Source: Dicyema japonicum (Eukaryota; Animalia; Dicyemida). Taken from it: 64,000 nucleotides of DNA. The position numbers and the translations under genes were made by a program. The notes below the pieces were generated by a model. It was not told the origin of the DNA and searched no databases. It was given only the letters and a program-made list of their open reading frames with translations. This document shows, in pieces, positions 37,880 through 49,119 of this stretch. The stretch is from NCBI GenBank assembly GCA_011109175.1, contig RDEW01000033.1, positions 124,001 through 188,000 on the forward strand, written 5' to 3'. Positions within the stretch are counted from its first letter, which is position 1. Each line of letters begins with the position of its first letter.

Positions 37880-39000
37880 TATATGGCTTCAGTGTATGTT
37901 TTCTAGAACAGCAATACTGCTCCCTGAGAAGGGTGAAATGTCATGTGAAGTATCTGGTTCTCTGATAGGTGGCAAATATCGATCTTCACGTAGATCGGCC
38001 ACTTTTGACGTAGTAGATAGACATCGTATTAGTTCTGAAGATTCAAAAAATTGATTAATGAAAAGTTGCAAAATGAACAAAGACATCTTAACATCATCCA
38101 GTTTATATCCATGTGCTGATAGATAAAAGTGGTGTCCACAATTTAAACGATATCCTTCAGTAGAGAGTATTCAGATTGGCGGATCAGGAGGACAGTAGTA
38201 TTTTGTTATAATTGAGTATTTGAGTGGCTCTTGTGGAATCGTGTACCTGTTTCAGTCTTGGAGGATAGATGGGATAGAAGACATTATTCGAGACAGATCA
38301 CAGATTATCATCATGATATTCTTTTTCTGGATTTGCAAAGAGAGTGACAGGGAATTTCTTGATTGTAGAGCTCTCATTTTTTCTTGGTTTGGAATAGAAG
38401 GATTTTTGATTCCCATTGGAGATGATCAATATTGACTGAGACATCCAGTAATTGTTCTGAGTGCAATGTTATGGATTTTTAGAGTTTGTCGATAGAATGT
38501 AGGCAGAAGTTGACTAACAATGACTTTTATGATTAATTGTGTTTCGAATTAACTGCGATTTAGTTAAGAAACGAGGCAGGGTTAGGCCTTCATTGTTTTG
38601 ACGATAGAATGGCCTAACGTTTGATTTTCCGGGAGGCCTTTGTGCATTGTTCCCCCATGTTATAGAAAATTATTAGTTGGTGGGATTTAACTCCAAGTAT
38701 TTTGAGATGATTAGTGATGGGTAGTACTTATTTAAGAATAGTTATAATTGAGAGGAAATTTAGCTGGAAATGGTCGTATATTAGAAGAAAAGCGGTAAAT
38801 TTCAAAGGAGATAAGAGATGATTTAAATCAAACCAGTTTTCAAGAGAGTTTAAGTGGTACTGGACACAATTGATTCCTTCACTGAGTTTTTGAAGGTCAT
38901 CCACGTATGATAAAATGTGAGATCTTTTGAGAGCCTGCTTAGAGGGATTCGTAAATGAGATTAGTATTAGTGAGCCAGTTTTGTGAGAGGTCAAAGTATT
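37880..39000 (-). mobile_element. Two Jockey-like remnants (APE about 37880-38480; RT about 38728-39000)
   Basis: NQFFESSELI...DTSHDIS (APE like) and HILSYVDDL...LENWFDLNHL (RT). Confidence 0.55.
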
Positions 39001-39839
39001 TAATATTTGTTAATGATCTTATTATTACATAATATTAATAAACACAAAAACATTAATAAAACACCCAAAAGTGAAATTGAACAATTAATTATTCTTATAG
39101 TCATAAATGTGAAATGTAAATCCTTCTAAAGGCATTTTTAGAATTCTAAAATCATCATAATATATGGCTTGAGATTGTTGAAGCCATTTACATCCATCCG
39201 TCTTTAACCATCCATTATCATATCCTTTGGCAAGTTCATGCTCCACAATTCCACTATTTGTTTCATTTTGATCAAAATTTGAATTGTTATTCATGTTAAT
39301 AGCGAACAAATGTTGGCTATATATAGTTTGAGTAGGCTATAATAATAATCAATTATTCATTTTAATTTACTGTAAGGTCAACTTGAAAATATGTTGTAAT
39401 CTTGTTTTCTTTTAAAATCAATATTGTTTTAATATTTTAAAGTAGTTTGAGTATTTAATATTTTATTTTTAATCTTTGAAGCTTTTATTACTTCTTTTGA
39501 GGTTAATTGGTTTTTTGAGTAAATTCTTTTGTGTGACGGCTATCCAATAGAGTATATATAGGGATAATTTTCCCAGTAAATTCGAGTTAAAAAGTTCCAA
39601 GAAAGGTGTTGAGAGAAGTGTGCACTCAACTCTAGAATTCAAGTGCCTTATACGAAAATGGATATTGAATACGTCACTGTTAGGACAGTATGATAATCGG
39701 GTTCGACTCAGAGCATTTCAAAAATAAGGGAATAGTATTCAAAAAATAGATAAATTGATATGAATTGGATATTATGTAATAATTACAAGGTTGTATTATA
39801 ATTTTAGAGGAGGAAGATAGTTAAAAGCAGTAGAATAAA

Positions 39840-40660
39840 ATAGTGAATAACAACTTCAACGGACGAAGAGGAAGAGTAATTTCACATTCTACAATTTCTG
39901 TCACTAAATTTTTCCAGATATCACCACTGTTACCCATTCTCTTCAATCTTTTTATGAGCGGCATGCCTTCTCATAGCATCAACGAGACTCTGATCGTCGC
40001 TTATGCTGACGACATAATCCTGGCAACAAGAGACCAATGTATTCACACAGTGGGTACCAGTTACAAGATCTATTGACAACCTGAACTGTAAGCCTTAGAG
40101 GAACCTATTACACACAAGTCCTGAAAAGTCAAGCTCAATGATTTTTACTTCCTTTAGAAAACTGACAAACTCGACACCTTTTGTAACTCTTAATGGAATA
40201 TCAATCCTTTCATAAAATCAATCAAAACTGAGAATCACATGCAACGCACTTATAACTTTCAGCAAACACATAACAACGTCATCTTCTCTTCCTAACGAAA
40301 ACTAAATTTTGTAAAAATGCTACTTGGATACTAAAAAAGCTATTTCATCTTTACACAATGTATACAACCAACAATCTGCTACTGCTGTGCGGCATGGGCC
40401 ATTAACCTATCATATACCAACTTAAAGAAAATCAATTCCTTGTAAAAAATAGTCACAAAGTTCTTCTCGCCATTAATGCCAACTCCGTTCGAAGAACTTC
40501 TGAGGAGAACGGGAGCCCCGTTGAAACTTCAAAATTTCCGAAAAGTGAATTATTCATACAGTAGGTGTGTCAGTTCTTGGGAGGAAAACCGAGAAAAGGT
40601 GCTTAAGGAGCTCGGGATCACATTACCCTCTCAGATCCACAAAAATTATTTATTTTTAAC
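39840..40660 (+). mobile_element. Jockey-like LINE 3' remnant
   Basis: LLPILFNLFM and VAYADDII; ends CGGGATCAC...GATCC. Confidence 0.75.
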
Positions 40661-40699
40661 ATAACATTTTTTATTAAAGACCAAGACATAGTGATAGTT

Positions 40700-41625
40700 A
40701 TGGAGGATTACGTTATTAAAAATCCTGCCGTGAGACCTGGATTCTTTAGCAGTTTTACCCCCTCTAGGTTCACAGCATCTTCTGAATGAACATTTCATCC
40801 ACTTTGGTCCTCAGAAGAAAACCCTCGATCCGTTCCACTACCACGCTCCTTACTGACTTGATCAGGGTTTCCTTCTCATCTAGTGGATCTTTATTCCTTT
40901 TACGAAAGGACAGCTTGATTGCCATCCTCCTTGACTTGTCCAAAAGATTAATTATTCTTTCTCTTTTGGGCGAAAAATACCATCCTTCACATCCGTAGAA
41001 GGCAGAATAATTCTTTCAAAAATAAAGATAAGCGTCTCATTCTTCAAATCAAGTTTTCGTAGACACGAAGTGCTTGGTAAAGCCTTATTGTTCTTTGCTG
41101 AGAAAATTCCGTGATTCGACATGGCGCGTAACTCTTTTATAAATCAGCCTTTCCATGATTTTTGAAATTGAGTTTATTAGACTAATAGATCTGTAGCCAA
41201 AGGATCAGTCCTCGATTTTCCTGATTTTGGGATTATCAGAATAATGGAACCTTCCTTGAATAGCTTTAGACGTATACCAGTCCATTCCTGGAGCTTTATC
41301 TCGGCACTCCATAATAATTTGTTTCACCTTTTCTTTAGTAATGATCTCCCAAAATGCTCTTCCAGAATTTTCATACTCGAAGAAGAGATTCTTCGGGCAC
41401 TAAATTCTTTGGATCAATCCTTGAATACTCTCTAACAGTTCCGAAAGGCATTAGGAACATCCGCTTCGGTGATATCTTCAAATTAATAACATCTGATTTA
41501 GATCCAGGAGTTACAATCCTCCGATAAGACTTCTAGAATGTTGGGTTCTTGGTGTCCAACCTTATTGCTCCAGTCCTCCATTTTTATTGACTTGTTCTTT
41601 AAATAAGAAATCCATAGTCTTCTTG
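40700..41625 (-). mobile_element. Jockey-like RT fragment (family of 720-4560)
   Basis: RDKAPGMD and YRSISLINSISKIMERLIYKRV. Confidence 0.7.
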
Positions 41626-41852
41626 TCGGGCTAAAGTGCTTAGGTTACGGGTTCGATTCTCGCTGCTGTTGGAAGGTTCCACGCATCTACAATGCCAAAA
41701 GGGTTTGACGAGTGACGCCGTCATCAGTGGATACTCACTGCAGAACTGGATTGTCTAGAAAGAACCTACACACAGAAAAAGAAAAAAAAGAAGAGAATAT
41801 CATTTCTTGGTTCTACGATTAGTTAAAATTAACTGTTCTTTACTTAAATAAA
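41624..41852 (+). mobile_element. SINE family A, copy 3
   Basis: GGTTCGATTC at 41650, core GAGTGACGCCGTCATCAGTG at 41710 and tail AGTTAAAATTAACT; near-identical to 58917-59158. Confidence 0.88.
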
Positions 41853-42247
41853 GTGTGTAATTAAGCACTCACAATGTTTTCGCTAACAGTCCACGTCACC
41901 GGGCAACAACATAGACGTCGATATAGAGGAAAGTTTTTCCGAAAGTCCTGTAATGACTCCAATTTACATTATTATTATCAAATTTCATAAAACCCAGCGA
42001 TAAACCTAAGGGCGATAAAGAGAAAAAAATATATGAGTGGTTTTCAACTTTATGCAAATATCATCGCTCATCCAAAAATTTTCTAATAAATGATATATTT
42101 AGCTCGTTAACTAATATTTTTATTGAAAAAGCAACAATACCAACATTTCAATATCAGGTTTGATTTGACTTAAATAAAGTCTTACCTCACAAACTGTCAA
42201 TTTATTTCGCTCACTTCTCAATTGATGAATCCTCTTTCAACAATATA

Positions 42248-44742
42248 CAGTAAAACCTCTCGAATCCGCCGCATTTTTTCAAAATACAAAATTCCCTATG
42301 AAAAATTCTCGAATCCGCCGCATTTTTAAAAATAATTTTTTTTATTTTTTTTATTTTTTTAATTCAAAAAACTTCTACATGAGACAGTATCATTTTTTGC
42401 GTTGTCGGACCTAGTGAAACGTAATTGTACAAGATTAAAAAATTTGAAAAGCTCCAAATTATAAAATTTATTGGGAAAAATCCAGGGATTTCGCTCACAA
42501 GAGTGTCTGAAATCTTTTCTGGAAGATTCAGATGTGTTATTTCAAGACGATCCTTAAATGACCTGAGGAGCAAAGGGAATGTATCCACCTTGCTTTTTTT
42601 AGAATTATCTCGGAATCCATATTTGAAGTTCAATGAAATCGACGAGAATACCGTGTCGTGGATTTTTTTTATTTTTTGTTATTTGATAGTAATGGTTAAT
42701 CGCAAATGGATTGATTCTTATGTCCAATATGGATTTACCCAATATACTGGATCTGACAACGTCGATAAAGCGCAGTGTATGATATGCGACGTCATAATGG
42801 GAAACAACTCTTTGAAGACGTCACAATTAAAAAGACATAAGGAAAAAACTCACCCACAAAATGTTGACACTGTCGATAGTTTATTGCAAAGAGAACTAAA
42901 TATGATAAATCTGGAAAACTTAGTAATTTCGGATTTAGACCAATAGATAAACCATGTCTGCTAGCTTCATATGAGGTATTAATAATTGATATCCTTAATT
43001 ATTGCCAAAAACAAAGTATCTCACTCTTCTGGAGAAAATTTAATAAAACCTGCAGCATTGACAATGGCAAGAATGTTGCTCGATAAAGTACCTTTATCTA
43101 ATGACACGATTACGAATACTAGACATGTCTTGCAATGTTTTGGAACAACTTGTTATGAAAATAAAGCCCATGCAGAATTAGTATACAATTGGATAAATCT
43201 ACCAATATAACATCTATAAATCAGTTGGTTGCTTTTGTTCGTTTTGTCGACATGGAATCTATTCATGACGAGTTTTTATTTTGTTTGGAATTAACTGCAA
43301 GAACAACAGTTAATGATATTTTTTGATTTGTTTTCTGGCTTCTTACGTGACAATTGTATTCACTGGGATAAAGTTGGATCTATTTGTACAGATGGGTCAC
43401 CAGCTATGATAGGACATCGTTCTGGTTTTGTCAAATTGGTGAAAGAAGTAGCACCACTTACGAAACACTGCGTCATTCATAAATATGCACTCGCTACAAA
43501 AACTCTGTCATTTTAGGTAAAAAATGTACTCGATTCAACAGTCAAGATTGTGAATTTGATTCGAGGTACAAATCATCGACTTTTTAAAATACTATGTGAA
43601 AAATTAGGAACATATCATTCAGTGCTTTTATACTCAAGTACGTTGGTTATCAAGAGGTAAAATACGGGTTGCCGAGCTGTCAAATGCCATTAGTTTAATT
43701 TTTACGAGATATTGGGTCGACCGAATTTGCCGATTTATTTAACAACGATATTTTCATGCTTATATTATCTGACATATTTAATGAATTAAACTTATCACTA
43801 CAATGTATTTTTATTAATCATTTACGTTAAGGTAATAATGCTTACAAAATTGAAGCTATGGAAAAAATGTCTGCGTTTAAAGAAAAATTGTCATTATGGA
43901 GGAGAAAAACACGAAATAACAACGCTTCAATGTTTCCTATGATAGAAAATGAGATTGGTGATGATGAACCTGAAAAATGGTTTTCTTCTTTGATTATTGA
44001 TCATCTCGAAAATCTTGAAAATAAAATTAGAGATTATTTTCCAGTTACTGAACCGATTTGATTTGGATAATGCACCCTTTTATTCCGAAAACCAATAAAT
44101 TAATTTACGACGGCCAAGAAGTTGATTTCCAAGAACAGTTGATTAAATTGCGAAATTTGCAGTTTTGCAAGTTGACATTTAATTCGCTTTCGATTATGGA
44201 ATTCTGGATTTCTGTTATTAATGAATATCCAGTCTTAAGTAAAAATGCACTGGAAGTGATAATTCCTTTTCCAACTATTTATTTATGTGAAATGGCAATG
44301 TCATGTTATTCTGAAAAGTAAAGTTCGCAAGTGGAAGAAGATATGAGAATGACACTTACCAACATTGTACCAAAAATTAAACTGCTAGTTTCTGAAAAGC
44401 AGGATCAAAAATCACACTAACTCTAAATATCATGATTTTTTTAATTTTGTTAGTTTTTTATTAAATTGTTTTGTTACATTTGGTCCCCAGAAAAATTCAA
44501 CAGACTAAAATGGTCCCCGGTCAAAAAAGGTTAAGAAACACTGCCCTAGATGCTTTAAAAATTAAACATTAAAACAAGAAAAACTGATTATTTTAAAGTA
44601 AATTAATGTTTTAATTTTTTTAATTAGTCTTTTAAATTAAAAAAATGTATTTTATTAATTTATAAAAAAAATTTAAAATTGATTCTCGAATCCGCCGTAA
44701 TTTCCCAGGTCCCAAACTTGGCGGATTCGAGAGGATTTACTG
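42248..44742 (+). mobile_element. pogo/Tigger-like DNA transposon with TIRs and TA target duplication, internally replaced by a hAT element
   Basis: TA-CAGTAAAACCTCTCGAATCCGCC ... GGCGGATTCGAGAGGATTTACTG-TA; subterminal TTCTCGAATCCGCC repeats; CENP-B-like HTH start KKFEKLQIIKFIGKNPG. Confidence 0.88.
42680..44543 (+). mobile_element. Buster/Charlie-type hAT transposon (BED finger and transposase), left end missing, nested in the pogo-like element
   Basis: RKWIDSYVQYGF...QCMICD...LKRH, GENLIKPA, ICTDGSPAMIG, HCVIH and PFPTIYLCE. Right TIR GGTTAAGAAACACTG is followed by CCCTAGAT (NNNTANNN type). Confidence 0.9.
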
Positions 44743-44848
44743 TATGAAGTTGGAAAGTATATGAGAGATCGAGTTTCACAATTTTAGAAACTCTTCTTTA
44801 ATCTTCGGATTCTCTAATCTCAAATGAAGAAAACATTAATTAAAATAA

Positions 44849-46740
44849 AATCACCAGGTAAAATAAAAAACTCCATTAGGTGATCCCGGCTTCTCTCAGC
44901 AATATTCTTATCTTTTCCCGGTGTTGCTCTCGGGAACCGATTCATTTTTGATAACCCATTCTTCAGGAAGTTTTCCATTTTGTATGAATATAACGCCCGA
45001 CTTCCTCACAAAGATTTTAAATGGAGTTGCACTTTTTGGTGGTCCTGTGATTCGAGAGATTGTTTTGTTCATACTGTATTGAGTGGAGTTGATCTTATCC
45101 ATGTTTGTTCTGGCAAGTTTTGTTCCCCAAGCTTCACATACATGACTTATAGTTGACTCGATGAATTGAAAGTACAACGTGGATAGTGACCGGTTCAAGG
45201 ATCCTATAAATTTTTGAGACGAGCACCTTCACTAAATTAAGCTGTCGTGCCGAAGCACTGATTACGTTTGACACATGTGTTCTGAAGGTCATGAGGGTGT
45301 CGTAGTTACTCCTAGAATCTTAGCTTTTCTTGTGTTAGTTCACCGTTAAAAATATTTCCGTGAGATAACTTGATAGCCTTCTATTCGACGTAAAAATACA
45401 AGTCGAGGACTTTTCAATGGACGTTGAAATTGAATTTATGTTAAACCATTAATGAAGTCTGCCTAGAGTAGTTTGCAATATGTTCGTAGCTATCGTAACA
45501 GCTGTATCCTTGCATAAATTATGTAATCGGCATACGCAAAGGTTATCGAATTTTAGTCCGAACAGATTGAAATATCGTACAAGAATAAGTAAAAAACGAC
45601 GGTTACAAGGGGATCCCTTTGGAAGGAATTTTGAGACCGGTTGGCAGGATTTTGTTGCGACTTTTCCTCTTCTACCAGTGAGAAAGTTCCCGAGCCATCT
45701 TTTGATTTCTGAGCAGTAGATCTTTTTTGTCAGAATTTTTATGGGACACAGTCAAAAGCCCTGCGTATGTCAACCGAGCACAATAAAGTTTTGAAGTGCC
45801 TAGGCTTTGACTCAAGTCCCCCCATAATAAAGTTTGTGAGGGTTTTCGTACTTGTATATAAGTCTTTCTTAAATCCGTGTTGGAAGGATTCTTTAGGTAA
45901 ACATGAGAAGATGCGGTCCAAAACCATTTTCTCAAAATTGCGCATAATAAGGATATTGGTTGATTAGAATGGGACTCTTTTGGTATTCTAGATTTCTGTA
46001 CTGTGTGGATGTAAGCCAACTTCCACATTGTTACAAATGTGTTTCTATTTATGGATCTGTTTTATCTGTGTTAGTGCTGTGAGTGCCTGGGTCCAAGCTT
46101 TTTGATAACAATCATAGGAATTTGATCTGGTCGTTTGAGTAGGTTAGCTTTTGGGATTTTATGCTATTTTCGACTTCCACTGGTGGGGGATAAGGAAGGA
46201 CCCTCGTACTTTTTATGAGGTAAGTAGCTGTTCTAAGCGTAGAATTTCATCATTCTATAGAGTTCCTTTTTGCTGTATTCAGAACTGTTTCTTTATCAGG
46301 ATTTTTGATCTTTGAGAATGTCTTCTACATAATAGATATGGACCTCTGCTTGTTAAACGTGGAGGTGGTTTTCTCCATTCGCCACTTTTTTTCTTAGAGA
46401 TTTTCTATATTTCGCTATTCATCACTAGGATTGTGGTCGCAAGTTGGTAAGAGGAGCAATGTTAGTGGTGGAAGGATCAAATCAGGTGAAGTAGTGTTGT
46501 CATAAGCTCTATACTGAGTTATTTTGTTTATCCGATAATCGTTGAGAATTATGAAATTATCCAGTAGATAGAGAAGTTTTGCTTTTGTACCAGGTTGGGT
46601 GTTTTGGGTTGAGGTCGCCACAAATCAACAAATTCTGGTATTGATGTAACACAAGCAGAAATAGAGTAAACTCCTTTGGACAGGTGGCGTTATTGTGTGC
46701 CCAATCTCTCTTTTGACTAGAGAAAGGCGTATGAAATAAT
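44849..46740 (-). mobile_element. Jockey-like LINE (APE fragment, RT, C-terminus, terminal stem-loop), decayed
   Basis: TTSPDLIL, HSNQPISLL, FQHGFKK and SVDIRRAFDCV; ends CCGGGATCACC...GGTGATT. Confidence 0.85.
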
Positions 46741-47422
46741 AAAATAGTAATGAAAAATAATTCCTTAGTAATAGTAAAATTATATTTTAATAATATAAGG
46801 AATAATTAATATTAAATTTAATGGATAAATTAAAAGAATATTATTCAAAAGTGAATCAATGGTTTAATAGACATAAAAATATAATTAGAAGTGTAAATGT
46901 AGTGACAAGTTTAATGATTACAGTTAATTATATTTTATTTTGTTAGATAATGTCAATATTTCTATTAATATCATCAAGTAAATATGTAATTAAGAATATG
47001 CCTCTTTTAATTTTACAGGATTCTCAATGTAAATTGGAAATAAGTATATTATGGTCATTCACTCTCATGTTTATAATCCTTTCGGGTATAAACTGGTATG
47101 CTGTATTTAATAATTGGAAGGTAATCCTGAAATTGGTATATTAATACATTTAATTTAGTGTCCATTAGTTTTTATTAGTACATCCATCATTTTCCCTTCT
47201 GTTTACTTGACAATTTCTCCACAAACCAAAATCATTTCTAAACTAAAGGACGGAATTAAACGGATATTTAGAATCAATTCACATTATTTTTAATAAATTT
47301 GGTCTTTGCTAAAGTAATTAGGAGTAATAGCCTTGTGATTATCATTTTTTATTACTAATATACGTAAATATGCAATATGTTGTATTTAGTAATACATATA
47401 TTAATTATAAATAATTAAATTA

Positions 47423-47892
47423 ATGATTTTATTGTCTTTATAATAAACATTGTAAAATCAAGTATAAGTGATATAATTGTAAGAATATGAAAACTGTTAC
47501 AAAGACACGTGCTACAAGATGATAAAAGTAGAATCTGACTATTATGATGCCATCAAATATTGCTTGAAATATGGGGAAGATTGGCTATCATTGATTCAAA
47601 GGAAAAGAATGATTTTATATTGGACAAATTCTACAATGGAAAAAAATTTTACATTGGTTTAAATAAATGGCTATATTCAGTGGATTTGTCATTTACTGAC
47701 ACTGTATTACTACTACTCATTTAAAGAGTTTTTTAAGATTTGGTGGTGATTACGGTGTGGAGTGTAATGTCATTTCTGAAATAGGGGCAGAATTAAGGGA
47801 GGTATCATGTAGTGAAATAAATCCATTTTTATGTGAGAGGAAAGGTATTTTTACAATAAATTGTAGTTCCTCGTGAATGTAGGACTAAATAA
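47423..47892 (+). CDS. Secreted single-domain C-type lectin-like protein; two apparent 1-bp homopolymer deletions
   Basis: With corrections: MIFIVFIINIVKS, ENCYKDTCYK, YYDAIKYCLKYGGRLAIIDSKEKNDFI, FYIGL, ECNVI and VSCSEINPFLCERK; short introns. Confidence 0.78.
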
Positions 47893-47939
47893 TACAAAAC
47901 TCATTACTCTAACTCACTAATTTGTTTTTCTGCTAAGCT

Positions 47940-48340
47940 CACATCTGTTGTTATGTAAGAACATTATGGTTGACCCAATGGAAAACATTAGTTTTAACAC
48001 CAATCATTAAGATATTTATCCAAACACAAAAGCTAAACATAATATGAAATCATAAATACCTAAGGCTTACTTTCGCCAACTCTCTTCAACCTGTGCATAC
48101 ATACCACAAAAACGAGATTTCAATCGTCCACTCATACGCTGGTGATATCGCCCTCACTATCAGGGATTATCTAGCAGTCATTGAGGTCATATAACATAGA
48201 TTTCTCAATCACAGTATTCCCAATAAAGTTCTTCCTAACTACAACATCCTCCTAAACAACTATTCTCATAAATCCAAACATTTATCCTCAACGAAATCCT
48301 CTAAAACTCATTAAAATACGTAGGTCTCAGTTAAATAAAG
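47940..48340 (+). mobile_element. LINE RT remnant
   Basis: TLFNLC...HSYAGDIAL and KYVGL-type motifs. Confidence 0.5.
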
Positions 48341-48399
48341 AGATTGGTTTATATGTTTAAACCTAGGGAGGCAATAAAATAAATTAGCACACAAATAAA

Positions 48400-48750
48400 C
48401 TAAGGTATTTCAAGTGAAGAGAATAAATGATCAGAGACTTGTTCATCCCATAATGAGTCATCATGTTGTAATTCACTGTTAATTCCAGAATCACGACTAT
48501 TCTCTTCAATAGATTTGAGTATACTATAGTCTTCAAATAATTCATTATCATCACTCCACAATTCTTCTTTGGTTGATTGTTTAATTTTATTATCAATTGG
48601 TGAGGTGAAAATACAATTTCGTAGTTCTGAGGCCATTTTCTTTAAGTTTATTACTTCATTTGGAGGAACTGAAAAATGTGCTACGGTGAAATCCCCTGGA
48701 ATTTTGCTTTTATGATTAAATAGTAACTCCTCATCTGTTATTTCAGACAT
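48400..48750 (-). CDS. Acidic hypothetical protein, 116 aa
   Basis: Clean ORF downstream of an AT-rich promoter-like tract; no TE motif. Confidence 0.5.
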   Translation of the reverse strand: MSEITDEELLFNHKSKIPGDFTVAHFSVPPNEVINLKKMASELRNCIFTSPIDNKIKQSTKEELWSDDNELFEDYSILKSIEENSRDSGINSELQHDDSLWDEQVSDHLFSSLEIP

Positions 48751-48911
48751 GCCACTATTTGAACTGAAAAAGTGTCTCAGATCACAACAATTATCTAGTT
48801 ATTTAAATAAATATACCATCAACATCAAACGACTTCATTAAACTTTAAATAATAATATTTTATAATTAAATTTAAACATTTCAATAATCTTAAATAAATA
48901 AATTATTGTAG

Positions 48912-49110
48912 GATGCAGTGTAATTAATGCAGGACCAAATCCAGAAGGTTTCGGGTTTGAATCTCGCTGCCGTCACTGGTTGAAGGTTCCAAGATGATTA
49001 TGGAATTGAGGAGTGACTTTGTCATCAGTGATTCAGCACTGCGGAGACGGATCTACCGAACAAGGAAATTGGAGAAATATGGTTTATTCGTATCATAGCT
49101 TTAAGAGGCA
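48912..49110 (+). mobile_element. SINE family A, copy 4 (diverged)
   Basis: GGGTTTGAATCTCGCTGC and GAGTGACTTTGTCATCAGTGATTCAGCACTGC. Confidence 0.75.
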
Positions 49111-49119
49111 TTGGTGGCT

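Noticed and set aside
39085-39309. 74-aa minus-strand ORF
   Set aside because: Short, low complexity, no motif; insufficient support.
39680-39720. GGGTTCGACTC B-box-like word
   Set aside because: No A box and no repeat body follows.
46950-47360. Possible multi-exon hydrophobic gene upstream of the lectin
   Set aside because: Splice signals are present, but I could not assemble a convincing ORF.
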